64,000 nt of DNA from Candidatus Omnitrophota bacterium (GCA_049642065.1 JBAROK010000074.1:4114-68113); one strand, 5' to 3'; shown: positions 34,668 to 45,487, numbered from the stretch's first letter. Program-made: numbers and translations. Notes: a model not told the origin generated them from the letters alone.

Positions 34668-35495
34668 TTATGCACCTGTTATTGCGTCCACTACGCGCGC
34701 GACGTCACTCATCTCGCTGACATCGTGCACCCTAATTATATCAGCACCGTTCATTATCGCTACGGCAACGCTTGCGGCAGTACCGAAAGCCCTGTCTGTA
34801 ACGTCTTTATCTGTTATAGAACCTATAAACGATTTACGGGAAGCTCCTACAAGTATGGGTTTGCCAAGCTGTTTAAGTTTCCGCAAATCGCGTAGTAGGA
34901 GCAGGTTATGCTCCAATGTTTTACCGAACCCAATACCAGGATCGATAATTATCTTTTCAGGATCTATCCCGGCATCCTCTGCTATAACAATGGCCTCCGC
35001 GAGATACCCGGATACTTCCTCAAACAAGTCCCCGTACCGAAGATCCTCCTGCATATTTTCAGGAGACCCCTTCATGTGCATAAGAACCGCACCCGCGTTA
35101 AATTCAGAGATAACACCGGCCATCTCAACGCTTCCCTTCAGCGCTCTTATATCATTGACAATAGTAGCGCCACCAGCAAGAGCAACCCTGGCCACCTCGC
35201 TCTTATACGTATCTACGGATAGGGGTACGTTAATCTTTTTGGCAAGAGCCTCTATGACCGGCACGACCCTGTCTATCTCTTCGGACGCCTGGACGGGTCT
35301 TGATCCCGGACGGGAAGACTCTCCGCCGATATCAATGATATCTGCGCCGTTAGCAGCCATCTTTAACGCTTCTTCTACCGCCTGATCCAGATCGGCATAC
35401 CTGCCCCCGTCACTGAAACTGTCAGGCGTAACGTTAAGGACACCCATTATACAGGTGCGTTCTCCTATGGGTAGCGTATGTTTGCCGAGTTTCAT
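34668..35495 (-). CDS. folP: Dihydropteroate synthase
   Basis: IMGVLNVTPDSFSDGG...DIIDIGGESSRPG...DPGIGFGK. Confidence 0.85.
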   Translation of the reverse strand: MKLGKHTLPIGERTCIMGVLNVTPDSFSDGGRYADLDQAVEEALKMAANGADIIDIGGESSRPGSRPVQASEEIDRVVPVIEALAKKINVPLSVDTYKSEVARVALAGGATIVNDIRALKGSVEMAGVISEFNAGAVLMHMKGSPENMQEDLRYGDLFEEVSGYLAEAIVIAEDAGIDPEKIIIDPGIGFGKTLEHNLLLLRDLRKLKQLGKPILVGASRKSFIGSITDKDVTDRAFGTAASVAVAIMNGADIIRVHDVSEMSDVARVVDAITGA

Positions 35496-37444
35496 TACTC
35501 TTGCGTCTTTTCCTCGCCACCGGCAGAGCTCTGAACATCTTGGAACCCAAGAAGCTCTTTGACCTCGCTCTCGTCCATAGTTTCTTTTTCAATGAGCTTA
35601 TTAGCAAGGAGAGCAAGTTTATCCTTGTTCTCCGTAAGTTTAGTTTTCGCTATCTCATAGCACTGATCGACTATTTTTTTGACCTCTTCATCAATAACTT
35701 TCGCCGTATCTTCGCTGTAATTCCTTTCCTCGGCAATATCCCTTCCGAGAAATATCTGGTGATGGCGTTTGCCTACAGTAAGATGTCCCAGCCGTTCACT
35801 CATCCCGTACTGAGTAACCATATTGCGTGCAAGTTCCGTTGCCTTTCTGATATCATCCTGCGCTCCGGTAGATATTTCTTTGAAAGCAACCTCTTCGCTC
35901 GCACGTCCTCCTAGCATACCCGCTATCTTACCCATAAACTGTTTTTCCCTGTAAAGATACCGGTCCTCCCGCGGGATCTGCATCGTATATCCCAGCGCCA
36001 TCCCACGCGATACAATAGTAACTTTATGCAAAGGATCTGCTCCATCGATAAGAAAAGACATCATAGCGTGCCCTGCCTCATGATAAGCGATGATCTTTTT
36101 CTCCTCATCACTTATCTTACGGGATTTTCTCTGAGGACCTGCCATTACGCGTTCCATTGCTTCCTGGAGCTCTTCCAGCCCAACAGCTTCTTTGTTCCTT
36201 CTTGCCCCTAAAAGCGCCGCCTCATTGATTATGTTCGCTAAATCCGCACCTGAAAAACCTGCTGTCTGCTGAGCTATTTTATAAAGATCCACGTCTTTCT
36301 TCATCTTAACTTCTTTTGAGTGAACCTTAAGTATAGCATCTCTACCGTTGATATCCGGAAGATCCACGACTACCTGCCTGTCGAAACGACCCGGACGCAT
36401 TAATGCCGCATCAAGAACATCCGGCCTGTTAGTAGCCGCTATCAGTATGACACCCGTAGCAGTATCAAATCCGTCCATCTCCGAGAGAAGCGCATTAAGC
36501 GTCTGTTCGCGTTCGTCATGCCCGCCACCTATACCGGAAAACCTCTGGCGTCCCACAGCATCAATCTCGTCCATGAATATGATGCATCCCTTCTGGCTCA
36601 TCTTAGAAGACTTTTTCGCCTGTTCAAAAAGGTCTCTTACGCGTGATGCGCCCACACCCACGAACATCTCAACAAAATCGGAACCTGAAATACTAAAGAA
36701 TGGCACGTCTGCTTCCCCAGCAACAGCCTTGGCCAGAAGAGTTTTACCTGTTCCCGGAGGGCCCATAAGCAAAACACCTTTCGGCATTTTACCTCCAAGC
36801 CTCTGGAACTTGCGCGGCGCTTGAAGGAATTCAATGACCTCTTTAAGCTCTTCTTTAGCTTCTTCTATTCCCGCGACATCATTAAAAGTTACTTTCATTT
36901 TGTCCTTCGTGGCAAGCTTAGCCCGGGATTTACCGAACGAAAGCATCTTACTCCCACCGGCAGAAGCTCCCCTGTATATGAAGAACCACAAGAAAAAAAT
37001 AAATATCAGCATCGGGCCGAGAGAATAGAATATATTAGCGAAAAACGTCTGTGGCGGTTTTACGTCAAAATGCGGCACGTTCGTCCTGAGAAGTTTAAGC
37101 AGCTCCGGATCTTCTTCAGGAATATTTACCACGAACTGCCTGCCGTCACTCATCTTACCGGAAATACGGTCCATTATCATAACAGCAGATACAATATTGC
37201 CCGTCTCGTTATTGGTTTCGACTGTCTCGTAGAATTCCTTATAGGTCATCTCTCTGGAAGTTTCTTCCATCGAGGAAAACACCCACTGGAATATATAGAA
37301 AAGCCCTACAACTATGATTATCCATACTAATAGGCTTCTGTTATTGCTTGAGGGTTCTTGTGGAGTTTTTTTCTGTTTATTAATATTCTTGCGTGGTTTT
37401 TTGTCTTTTTGATCCATTATCCTGTCGTTTCGTATATTATTCAA
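35495..37444 (-). CDS. ftsH: ATP-dependent zinc metalloprotease FtsH
   Basis: Two transmembrane segments. AAA Walker [12 protein letters not shown]. Zn motif HEAGHA. Confidence 0.9.
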   Translation of the reverse strand: MNNIRNDRIMDQKDKKPRKNINKQKKTPQEPSSNNRSLLVWIIIVVGLFYIFQWVFSSMEETSREMTYKEFYETVETNNETGNIVSAVMIMDRISGKMSDGRQFVVNIPEEDPELLKLLRTNVPHFDVKPPQTFFANIFYSLGPMLIFIFFLWFFIYRGASAGGSKMLSFGKSRAKLATKDKMKVTFNDVAGIEEAKEELKEVIEFLQAPRKFQRLGGKMPKGVLLMGPPGTGKTLLAKAVAGEADVPFFSISGSDFVEMFVGVGASRVRDLFEQAKKSSKMSQKGCIIFMDEIDAVGRQRFSGIGGGHDEREQTLNALLSEMDGFDTATGVILIAATNRPDVLDAALMRPGRFDRQVVVDLPDINGRDAILKVHSKEVKMKKDVDLYKIAQQTAGFSGADLANIINEAALLGARRNKEAVGLEELQEAMERVMAGPQRKSRKISDEEKKIIAYHEAGHAMMSFLIDGADPLHKVTIVSRGMALGYTMQIPREDRYLYREKQFMGKIAGMLGGRASEEVAFKEISTGAQDDIRKATELARNMVTQYGMSERLGHLTVGKRHHQIFLGRDIAEERNYSEDTAKVIDEEVKKIVDQCYEIAKTKLTENKDKLALLANKLIEKETMDESEVKELLGFQDVQSSAGGEEKTQE

Positions 37445-37529
37445 TAATTATAATATCATTTATTTTATCTTGCTAATTGTAGCATACTAGCCAGACGGGG
37501 TCAACGACCGTTAAATATTGATTTACAGG

Positions 37530-38552
37530 TCATTTCCCGGAGAGCCTTATGGATCTTCTGCCGAATACCAGTTCGTCCCTCTTTTTCGTGACACGTATAT
37601 CCCCAGGAAAATCTAAAGATTTCCCCTTATCTGCAGTCCTAAGGAACTGGTCCATATCCATCCAGTGTCGGTAGGTAAGCTTTTTAACGTTGCCCCCAGC
37701 TCTTTTAAAAAGCGCCTTGAATACCTGCTTTCTCAGAGCTTTAGGCTGCAGGATCATGTCCTTTATCGCAACTTTTGTGCTATTAGCATATTTTCCTGCG
37801 ATTTTTCTTTGCTCACTCTCAAGGAAAGCCAGATCTTCCCTTACAGCATCCGAAAGATTCACCAAAGATCTTTTAAGTTTAGGGTTATATTTCTCAAGAA
37901 ACGGTAACACTTCAAGCCTTAAGCTGTTCCTTAAAAATCTTACGTTCTTATTAGAGCTATCTTCAACGAAACTGGAACCCGCCTTTTTCAGAAACGCAAT
38001 GATCTCTTCGCGACCGACCCTTATAAGCGGCCGTATAAGCCTGCAACTCCCTTCGTCTCTGACAGGAGGAATACCAGCCAATCCTAATGGAGAAGCACCG
38101 TAAACCACTCTCATCAGTACAGTTTCCGCCTGGTCATCCATCGTATGACCTGTAGCTATAACCCCACATCCATTCTTCCTGGCGGCCTCTCTCAAAAAAG
38201 CATATCTTTTTTCTCGCGCCTGTTCTTCTGTTGAAGTACCTCTTTTGCCAGCAGACCTTACATTCACCTTCTTATACGCGAACGGAAGATCCAGCTTACT
38301 AGAAAGTTCCCTGACAAAACTTGAATCTCTTTCCGATTCCTTGCCCCTCAAGCAATGATCCATGTTCGCAACAACTATATCTATCCCCATCCCTTTGCGT
38401 AATGATACAAGAGCCTCGAGCAAACATACCGAATCCGCTCCACCGGACACTGCAATAAGAACTTTGTCTCCTTCATGAAGCATATCGTATTGCCTTATCG
38501 TGTCCTTAATTCTTTTTAGAAAAGTTGATTTTGATATCGTTTTTTTCTTCAT
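37530..38552 (-). CDS. tilS: tRNA(Ile)-lysidine synthetase
   Basis: PP-loop SGGADS; downstream tilS-type region with EDSSN motif. Upstream of ftsH, a common arrangement. Confidence 0.8.
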   Translation of the reverse strand: MKKKTISKSTFLKRIKDTIRQYDMLHEGDKVLIAVSGGADSVCLLEALVSLRKGMGIDIVVANMDHCLRGKESERDSSFVRELSSKLDLPFAYKKVNVRSAGKRGTSTEEQAREKRYAFLREAARKNGCGVIATGHTMDDQAETVLMRVVYGASPLGLAGIPPVRDEGSCRLIRPLIRVGREEIIAFLKKAGSSFVEDSSNKNVRFLRNSLRLEVLPFLEKYNPKLKRSLVNLSDAVREDLAFLESEQRKIAGKYANSTKVAIKDMILQPKALRKQVFKALFKRAGGNVKKLTYRHWMDMDQFLRTADKGKSLDFPGDIRVTKKRDELVFGRRSIRLSGK

Positions 38553-39097
38553 TCTGCTTTATCTCTTTTAAGCGCCTCTTCCTGGCTGTAAATACATCCA
38601 CAATAATGCTGCCTGTAAAGCCCCATCTCTTTTGACATTTCCGTAGCCCTAAGAAATCCGCCCTTTTTCTTGAAATCAGCGTTAATAAACCTTTCCCCAC
38701 CTATATCCCGGCCAATCGCGTTTATAATCGCAGCATCTTTGTGAGGGCTTACGCTCAATGTCGTCGTAAAAGCATCGAACATTTTTTTGCGCATATACTC
38801 ATAAGTCTTCTCTAGCCGCATCCTGTAACATAACCGGCAACGTTCACCGCCTTCACCTTCGTATTCCTTGCCCTTAACTAGCTCAAACCATCTTTCCCTG
38901 TCGTAGGGGCCTTCGGCGAACTCAAACCCCAGCTGGCTGGCCGCTTCACGGGCGGCTTCAAGACGCCTTTTATATTCATCTACAGGATGTATGTTCGGAT
39001 TATAAAAATAACCCGTGACAGTATGCCCTTCTACCATCAATCTTTCGGCTACTGCCGTTGCGCAAACCCCGCAGCATACATGTAATAAAACTTTCAT
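38549..39097 (-). CDS. queH: Epoxyqueuosine reductase QueH (DUF208)
   Basis: LLHVCCGVC N-terminal Cys motif, with CRLC and CGC clusters. Confidence 0.7.
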   Translation of the reverse strand: MKVLLHVCCGVCATAVAERLMVEGHTVTGYFYNPNIHPVDEYKRRLEAAREAASQLGFEFAEGPYDRERWFELVKGKEYEGEGGERCRLCYRMRLEKTYEYMRKKMFDAFTTTLSVSPHKDAAIINAIGRDIGGERFINADFKKKGGFLRATEMSKEMGLYRQHYCGCIYSQEEALKRDKAE

Positions 39098-39250
39098 TTA
39101 TCCACCTTGCGTTTAAGAACCCGATTTTTGCTTTTTTTACACAGCTATGGCATACTTTATTTAAGGAGTGGTCCTCTGACAATAAGCTGTTAAGCTACCA
39201 ATTTCTACAAAAAGAGAGGGGCAACCACTCCTTTTTTATTTCCCTATCCA

Positions 39251-40165
39251 CTATAAAGTCACCGTCATAAAATCTTCAGCAACTTCCAGATCCAGTCTTT
39301 CGCGAATAAGTTCTTTAAGGTTTTCTGTATCCTGATACTTCCTGCTTATATGGGTAAGAACAGTTTTTTTAACATTAGCAGAAGAAACCATCTTCGCTAC
39401 TTCCGGTAGTGACGCATGTTTATAAGGCTTATCCGGCCCCATCTCGTCAAAATAAGTGCAATCCTGTATTAGTAGATCCGCACCCTGCACAAAACTTTTG
39501 AGGTTATCGCAGATCTCAGTATCGCCTGAAAATACTATTTTTTTGCCTTTCGCGCGGCAAGAAACCTCTTCAAGGGTTATACGCCTTCCGCCTTCAGTGA
39601 TTTCTCCTTTTTTCTTCAACTCTTTATAAATTTCACCCTTCCCGGGAAGACCAAGCGCTTTCGCTTTCTCTGGGTCTATACCAGTCTTGTCCTTTTCAAT
39701 GAGCGCGTAAGCTACAGCGGGAACACCATGTGCGACCGGCACTGAAATAATCCTGAACCTTTTGGTTTCAAAAACGATTTTTTCAATTTTACCGCGTGAG
39801 GGAACACTGCGTGGAATCACCCTGAACTTACCCATGGACGAGTTAAAACCCAAGCACAGCCTGACTTTCCGCGCCTCGGGCGCGTATATCGTCAGGGGAT
39901 GTTCCCTGCCCTCAAACCCCATGGTATCAACTAGTCCCGGAAGCCCAAGACAATGATCCCCGTGCCAATGCGTAAGAAACACGTTATCCAGTTTCATTAA
40001 GTTAAGACCGGCCAATAAAAGCTGTCTCTGTGCATTCTCTCCGCAATCGAAAAGACAGCAAAACTCTTCCGCGTCATCATGGCATATATGGATAGCTGTA
40101 TGCGCCCTTTTCTTCGTGGGCACACCCGCTGTCGTACCTAATATGGTAACTGTTATCTTTGACAT
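39251..40165 (-). CDS. rnz: Ribonuclease Z (metallo-beta-lactamase fold tRNA 3' endonuclease)
   Basis: ITILGTTAG...HWHGDHCLGLPGL...SGDT...THIS motifs. Confidence 0.8.
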   Translation of the reverse strand: MSKITVTILGTTAGVPTKKRAHTAIHICHDDAEEFCCLFDCGENAQRQLLLAGLNLMKLDNVFLTHWHGDHCLGLPGLVDTMGFEGREHPLTIYAPEARKVRLCLGFNSSMGKFRVIPRSVPSRGKIEKIVFETKRFRIISVPVAHGVPAVAYALIEKDKTGIDPEKAKALGLPGKGEIYKELKKKGEITEGGRRITLEEVSCRAKGKKIVFSGDTEICDNLKSFVQGADLLIQDCTYFDEMGPDKPYKHASLPEVAKMVSSANVKKTVLTHISRKYQDTENLKELIRERLDLEVAEDFMTVTL

Positions 40166-40166
40166 A

Positions 40167-41120
40167 TCACGCCTTGTCAGACCTGTTCTTTTTCCAATAC
40201 CTTATAACCTGCCGTAAACCGTCTTCGGTGCCTACCTTGGGGTCATACCCCAAAAGGTCCTGCGCACGGCTTATATCGTATACCCTGTCCTTAAAATACC
40301 CGTCAGCTCTTTTCTTTACAGCAGGTATTAAGAGAAGTATTTTCCCTATCCACGCCGGTATTACAGGCGGATCGCTCGAACCCAATTCATCGTAACATAT
40401 TTCAAAAAACTTCCTTAAGGTTATAGCTTCCTCATCCGCTACCATGAAAGCCCCTTCCAAAGCCTCATCCTTCTCAAGTGCCAGCATCAATACCTGGACA
40501 ACATTGTCGACATGTACAAGATTCAGTTTTGAATCCATTCCCGGAACGTCAAAAACGGGAATACGCCGTGCCGCCACTGCCCTAAGCATCTTGTCCAAAC
40601 CGTGCGGTTCATCCTCACCATAAACCATACATGGACGTATTACAGCTGCGGTAAGCCCCTTCTCCCTGAAGTCCATGACCACCTTTTCGGCTTCGATCTT
40701 GGACCTGCCGTATGAACTGTTCGCTTTATATGGAAGATCATCCGTAAGGGGAACTTTCACATTCCCGCTTATCACGGCAATCGAACTCAGATAAACAAGT
40801 CTTCTTATGTTATTTCCGTAACAAGCCTTGCAGATATTGCGCGTGCTCGTAACATTCACGTTATGGAGTTTACCTTCGTTATTCTCCATTACCGCGGCCG
40901 CACAGTGAAACACTGCTTCAGGACCTATCTCCGAAAAAACTTTTTCCACTTCGTCACTGTCCAATAGATCAGCGACCACCAAGGAAACCTTTTTCTCCTT
41001 TAAATAGTCTACCTTGCTGGTTTTTCGGACAATGCAAACTACTTCGTGCCCTTTTTCAAGGAGGTTGTTTACAAGGTTCTTTCCTATAAAACCGGTCGCA
41101 CCGGTCACCAGTATTTTCAT
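40167..41120 (-). CDS. NAD-dependent epimerase/dehydratase (extended SDR family)
   Basis: ILVTGATGFIG Rossmann motif and YGRSK catalytic motif. Confidence 0.75.
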   Translation of the reverse strand: MKILVTGATGFIGKNLVNNLLEKGHEVVCIVRKTSKVDYLKEKKVSLVVADLLDSDEVEKVFSEIGPEAVFHCAAAVMENNEGKLHNVNVTSTRNICKACYGNNIRRLVYLSSIAVISGNVKVPLTDDLPYKANSSYGRSKIEAEKVVMDFREKGLTAAVIRPCMVYGEDEPHGLDKMLRAVAARRIPVFDVPGMDSKLNLVHVDNVVQVLMLALEKDEALEGAFMVADEEAITLRKFFEICYDELGSSDPPVIPAWIGKILLLIPAVKKRADGYFKDRVYDISRAQDLLGYDPKVGTEDGLRQVIRYWKKNRSDKA

Positions 41121-41398
41121 TTCGGCGGGTCTTGTTTACGTCCGTACCGGATTTTAGACACCAGAACGAACACACAAAAACATAACGTTACACTGTTAGC
41201 TAAGATGATGGGCAGTTCACCTAAAAATATACCGTAGATCAGCCATAAAGTGATCCCAACCGTCAGGATAATGTACATAGATGACGATAGGTCCCTGACA
41301 TGTTTCGTCCTGAGTATCTTGACCATCTGCGGGATAAACGAGATCGTCGTACATACCCCTGCGATTAATCCTATAGTGCTTATATGGATCTTTTGCAT
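41117..41398 (-). CDS. SemiSWEET / PQ-loop sugar transporter
   Basis: 93 aa, three transmembrane segments. PQ motif ISFIPQMVKILRTK. Confidence 0.65.
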   Translation of the reverse strand: MQKIHISTIGLIAGVCTTISFIPQMVKILRTKHVRDLSSSMYIILTVGITLWLIYGIFLGELPIILANSVTLCFCVFVLVSKIRYGRKQDPPK

Positions 41399-41404
41399 CT
41401 TATA

Positions 41405-42016
41405 CTATCCCCCCAAAAGCATCTTCGTTAAAAACCCTACTAACGGCAGAATCACCCTGTCGAAAAGCCCCAGATACAACAAGCCTATAAGGATTATAAA
41501 GCCGTAACGTTCCAGCTGCGCAAAATGCCTGGCGGCTTTTATTGGCAGGAGAGCAGAAACGATGCCTCCTCCGTCAAGCGGCGGTATCGGCATGAGATTG
41601 AATATACCCAGCACCAAGCTTATTATCACACCGTAAAGAAGGAACATCCCGGGCAATGACTGCGGAGGAAAAAGTCCCGTCTTGAACACTGCGGCAAACA
41701 TAACCGCCAAAACGATGTTCGCTCCCGGTCCGGCAATGCTCGTAAGCAGCATACCTTTCCTAGGATCCTTAAAGTTATTAGGATTCACAGGGACCGGTTT
41801 GGCCCAACCGAAGACTACCGGAGACTTTGAAATAATAAGCAGCGCCGGTAAAAGTACCGTACCGATAGGATCCGCATGTGCCAGAGGGTTCAGCGTAAGC
41901 CTGCCCGCGTCACGGGCCGTCGGATCCCCCAACCGGTATGCCACGTATCCATGCGCCAGCTCGTGAGCAACTATCACGATCACAAAGACCGCTATTGAGA
42001 TAAGCGCGTTTGTCAT
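41405..42016 (-). CDS. M50-family site-2-protease-like membrane metalloprotease
   Basis: HELAHG in transmembrane segment 1 and NLMPIPPLDGG motif. Confidence 0.75.
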   Translation of the reverse strand: MTNALISIAVFVIVIVAHELAHGYVAYRLGDPTARDAGRLTLNPLAHADPIGTVLLPALLIISKSPVVFGWAKPVPVNPNNFKDPRKGMLLTSIAGPGANIVLAVMFAAVFKTGLFPPQSLPGMFLLYGVIISLVLGIFNLMPIPPLDGGGIVSALLPIKAARHFAQLERYGFIILIGLLYLGLFDRVILPLVGFLTKMLLGG

Positions 42017-42197
42017 TTAATCAAGAGTATACCCTATACGCTTGAGGGCTTTGTTCATCCTGTCAATCGTCTGGTTCTTTGTTTTGCCCTCTGTAAGGTT
42101 ATCCTTGCAGATAGCCGCGAACCCCTTGCGGTTCTTTATTTTGAACATCTTAAGCTGAGTTTTCGGAATCTTCTTGAGTTTTATTTCTTTCTTTGCC
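42017..42197 (-). CDS. Small basic protein (hypothetical)
   Basis: GGAGGAG Shine-Dalgarno before ATG at 42197 (MAKKEIKLKK...). About 60 aa, Lys-rich. Confidence 0.4.
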
Positions 42198-42213
42198 ATC
42201 ACTACTCCTCCTT

Positions 42214-42948
42214 TCAATCTTCCAAACTATATGACGAACCTTCCAAGACTCCTGCATCGGCCAGGAACTCTTCAATATCACGGTTCGCCTCCCACGTTCT
42301 TTTGATCTTATCCTTATTCCGCATAAATGCCATAACAACAGCCGGATCGAAATGGGTTCCCGCCCTTTCCACTACCATCGATACCGACTCTTCGAACCCA
42401 TAAGCTTCCTTGTAAGACCGTTTTGAAGTGAACGCTTCAAAACAATCCGCTAGGCCAACTATCCTCCCGTACAAAGGAATATCTTCTCCTTTCAGCCCTC
42501 GGGGATATCCTTTGCCGTCAAAACGTTCGTGATGCGTAAGCGCAATGACGCTGCAAGCTTTCATTATCGGGCTTTTAGCGTTACGGAATATCCTTGCGCC
42601 GGCTTCAGAATGTTTCATTACCACATATCTCTCTTCGGACGTCAGTTTCCCTTTCTTTTTAAGGATAGAATCGGGCAATGTTATCTTGCCGATATCATGC
42701 ATGGGACTTGCATGTCGGATTATATCGACCTCTCTTGGGGAAAGCTCCATCTCCTCGGCAATAATAGCACTGTAATCGGCTATACGTACCAGATGCACAC
42801 CTGTCGAAGCATCCCTGGACTCGGCTATGAGCGCCAGGCGAAAGATCATCTCCAGGTTTGATTCCTTAAGTTCACTATACGCTTTTTCTAGCTTTCCGTA
42901 GGCAGAGTGTATCTCCTGCTTGTAACTTTCATCAGCCCTATTTATCAT
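42214..42948 (-). CDS. HD-GYP domain phosphodiesterase
   Basis: HD motif (ASPMHDIGK) and HHERFDGKGYP. Confidence 0.8.
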   Translation of the reverse strand: MINRADESYKQEIHSAYGKLEKAYSELKESNLEMIFRLALIAESRDASTGVHLVRIADYSAIIAEEMELSPREVDIIRHASPMHDIGKITLPDSILKKKGKLTSEERYVVMKHSEAGARIFRNAKSPIMKACSVIALTHHERFDGKGYPRGLKGEDIPLYGRIVGLADCFEAFTSKRSYKEAYGFEESVSMVVERAGTHFDPAVVMAFMRNKDKIKRTWEANRDIEEFLADAGVLEGSSYSLED

Positions 42949-42962
42949 ATTTTTTTCAAAGT

Positions 42963-43913
42963 TTACTTCCCGCCCATTCCTTTAAGGTACTTATAATAAT
43001 CGCCGTCGGTGGTAAGTATCACTGTAGTGCCCACTCCGACCGTGTCCTTATAAGTCTCAAGCGTTTTGAGGAAAGAATAGAACTCAGGATCTTTACTGTA
43101 CGAGTCGGCATATATCGTGATAGCTTCGGCATCTGCCTTACCACGTATACCTTGAGCAGTCTTGTACGCTTCTGACGATATAAGTTTGAGTTCCTTTTCC
43201 TTCTGGCCCATTATCTCGGCGCTTTTACCTCTACCCTCTGAACGGTACTGTTCCGCGGCACGTTTCCTCTCGGATATCATCCTCTCGTAAACCTTCTGGC
43301 CGACCTCTTCAACGTAATTTATCCTTTTGATCCTGACATCCACTAACTCGATACCGTACTGAGGTACAAGTTCCTGCGCGCGATTAAGTATCTCACTTTC
43401 CAGTTTAGAGCGGCCGGTCACTATTTTCTCCAGCGCTTCTTCTGCGATCGCGGTTATCTCAGACGGGCTTACAGTCTCGAGAATGCGGTTAGAGTCCCTG
43501 ATAGTTTCGACAAGCGGGTAACTTGTTATCACGTCCCTGGTAGCTGAGTTTATGATATCATCCAGCCTGCCGTGTGCTCCCCTTTCGGTGCCTACCGACT
43601 GCAGGAACTTTAAAGCGTCTTTTATCTTCCAACGTGCCGTTGTATCCACCCAGATATACTTCTTGTCTCTGGTTGGTATCTGGTTTGGATCACCGTCCCA
43701 GTCAAGCAGGCGTTTGTCAAAATAATGAGCGACCTGGATAAACGGTATCTTAAAATTAAGACCCGCCTGTGTAATAGGTTTTCCTACCGGCTTCCCGAAC
43801 TGCGTTATAACAACTTGCTTAGTCTCGTTGACTATATACACAGCGCCCGACAAGAAGGTGATTGCTACTACGATAGCAAGGGTTACGATTATATTTGAGG
43901 CTCTTTTTATCAT
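42963..43913 (-). CDS. hflC: Membrane protease regulator HflC (SPFH/band-7)
   Basis: N-terminal transmembrane segment and SPFH domain. Follows hflK with a 4-nt overlap. Confidence 0.8.
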   Translation of the reverse strand: MIKRASNIIVTLAIVVAITFLSGAVYIVNETKQVVITQFGKPVGKPITQAGLNFKIPFIQVAHYFDKRLLDWDGDPNQIPTRDKKYIWVDTTARWKIKDALKFLQSVGTERGAHGRLDDIINSATRDVITSYPLVETIRDSNRILETVSPSEITAIAEEALEKIVTGRSKLESEILNRAQELVPQYGIELVDVRIKRINYVEEVGQKVYERMISERKRAAEQYRSEGRGKSAEIMGQKEKELKLISSEAYKTAQGIRGKADAEAITIYADSYSKDPEFYSFLKTLETYKDTVGVGTTVILTTDGDYYKYLKGMGGK

Positions 43914-44914
43914 TGTTGCCCTCCTTTTTCACCAAGTTTTAAAAGCGACAGTATTGATGTCTGCTGTGGATCGATAACATATTTACTGTCCACTTGCGGC
44001 AACACTGTCGACATCGTCTCCAGGTACAAACGTTTCTTTGTTATTTCGGGAGCTTTCTTATACTCCTCCCACGTCATAAGGAACCTTTCCGATTCCCCTT
44101 TAGAGCGGTTTACCTTATCCAATGCGTACCCCTCAGCCTGGCTTATAGTCCTGTGTGCCTCACCTTTAGCCCGCGGTATAGCTTTGTTATAAGCTTCCCA
44201 CGCTTCGTTTATCATTCTTTCACGTTCCTGCTTGGCCTCATTGACCTCGTTAAAGGCGGGTTTCACCTTATCAGGCGGGTTAACATCAAGCAGTTTCACT
44301 GTAACAATGGCAATACCTGTCTGATATTTGTCCATAAGATCCTGAAGCTCCAGCTGCGCCTGGTGAGCGATCTCTTGTCTTTTTGTAGTCAAGACCTCAT
44401 CTACGGTATCATTACCCACAAGTCTGCGCATTACCACTTCGGACATCGCCCTGACGTTACCTACGGGATCTTTTGTCCTAAACATAAGCTTAACGGGATC
44501 GCTGACCCTGAACTGGACGATCCACCGCACGTCCAGTATGTTGAGGTCCCCCGTGAGCATAAGCGATTCTTCCGGGAACTTACGTGGAGCGTAAACGCTT
44601 CTCACCCCGGGACGGGCCGTCCTGAACCCAAACTCCTCTTTGAATATCTTTTTGACCTTTATAGGAGTGACTTTCTCAACTCCGAAAGGCAACTTAACGT
44701 GTAGCCCAGGCTCGGTAGTCCTCACATACCGACCGAACCGCTGCACAACACCGACCTCGTCCGGTCCGATAGAATATATCGTCCCCTGCAGCGCAAAGAT
44801 AATAAGTACAACAACCGCAACGACCGGTAAATACTTGCTGTACTCCTTGCCCTTCTGTTTCATTTTTTCCGCTTCGACCTTGAAAAGGTCTTCGGGTGAT
44901 CTAAAATCAGCCAT
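43910..44914 (-). CDS. hflK: Membrane protease regulator HflK (SPFH/band-7)
   Basis: Transmembrane segment plus SPFH domain. Typical hflK-hflC pair. Confidence 0.8.
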   Translation of the reverse strand: MADFRSPEDLFKVEAEKMKQKGKEYSKYLPVVAVVVLIIFALQGTIYSIGPDEVGVVQRFGRYVRTTEPGLHVKLPFGVEKVTPIKVKKIFKEEFGFRTARPGVRSVYAPRKFPEESLMLTGDLNILDVRWIVQFRVSDPVKLMFRTKDPVGNVRAMSEVVMRRLVGNDTVDEVLTTKRQEIAHQAQLELQDLMDKYQTGIAIVTVKLLDVNPPDKVKPAFNEVNEAKQERERMINEAWEAYNKAIPRAKGEAHRTISQAEGYALDKVNRSKGESERFLMTWEEYKKAPEITKKRLYLETMSTVLPQVDSKYVIDPQQTSILSLLKLGEKGGQQ

Positions 44915-44935
44915 GCCTACCTCCTTATTTCTCGT

Positions 44936-45355
44936 TTATTTTAAAACCCTGAAAGATTGTATACTTCTGCGACTTTTCGACGAGTCCCTGTATACCTGCC
45001 TTAAAGACCATGTGTATACCTCGCCGTTTTTAAATAAATCTGTTTTCACCGCGAGCTGGTGTTTGCCGGCAGAAACGCGCTCCTTAAAAATCAAGGTGGC
45101 TTCCAGCATATCGTACCCTTTATACAGCCTGAAATCGTAATATCTTCGCTGCAGCCTGTCGCCTTCGTGCGGGCTCCACACGAATTCCATGTCACTCTTG
45201 CCTGTAAGCTGAACTTTGTCAGACGAGGGAGATACAAGCCTGGGGCTTGGAGCAAACCCCATTGCTACCCTGCAACCATGAAACGCTTCGCTCGTAGAAG
45301 CTGCTGAAATGAAAATAACCGTTATAACGGCCAGAATCAGTATCCTTTTTACCAT
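44936..45355 (-). CDS. Secreted hypothetical protein
   Basis: Signal peptide MVKRILILAVITVIFISAASTSEA. Confidence 0.45.
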   Translation of the reverse strand: MVKRILILAVITVIFISAASTSEAFHGCRVAMGFAPSPRLVSPSSDKVQLTGKSDMEFVWSPHEGDRLQRRYYDFRLYKGYDMLEATLIFKERVSAGKHQLAVKTDLFKNGEVYTWSLRQVYRDSSKSRRSIQSFRVLK

Positions 45356-45446
45356 GGTGTCCCCTGATATCAGATAAATAAGATTATAATATTATATTAC
45401 AAAACCTCTTCTGATACCATACTGAAATGAACAAGAAGTGCCGATC

Positions 45447-45487
45447 TAATAAAAGATCCGGCTCTCGTATCAGCCGGATCTTTTATT
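45447..45487. terminator. Palindromic intrinsic terminator downstream of tRNA-Met
   Basis: TAATAAAAGATCCGGCTCTCGTATCAGCCGGATCTTTTATT: a 9-bp GC-containing stem flanked by an A-run and a T-run. Confidence 0.7.

Noticed and set aside
36348-37330. Plus-strand ORFs of 158 and 169 aa
   Set aside because: Antisense to ftsH, which has an unmistakable AAA and HEAGH signature. Shadow ORFs.
43994-44704. 236-aa plus-strand ORF
   Set aside because: Antisense to hflK, which is a well-conserved SPFH protein. No Shine-Dalgarno and no recognisable motifs.
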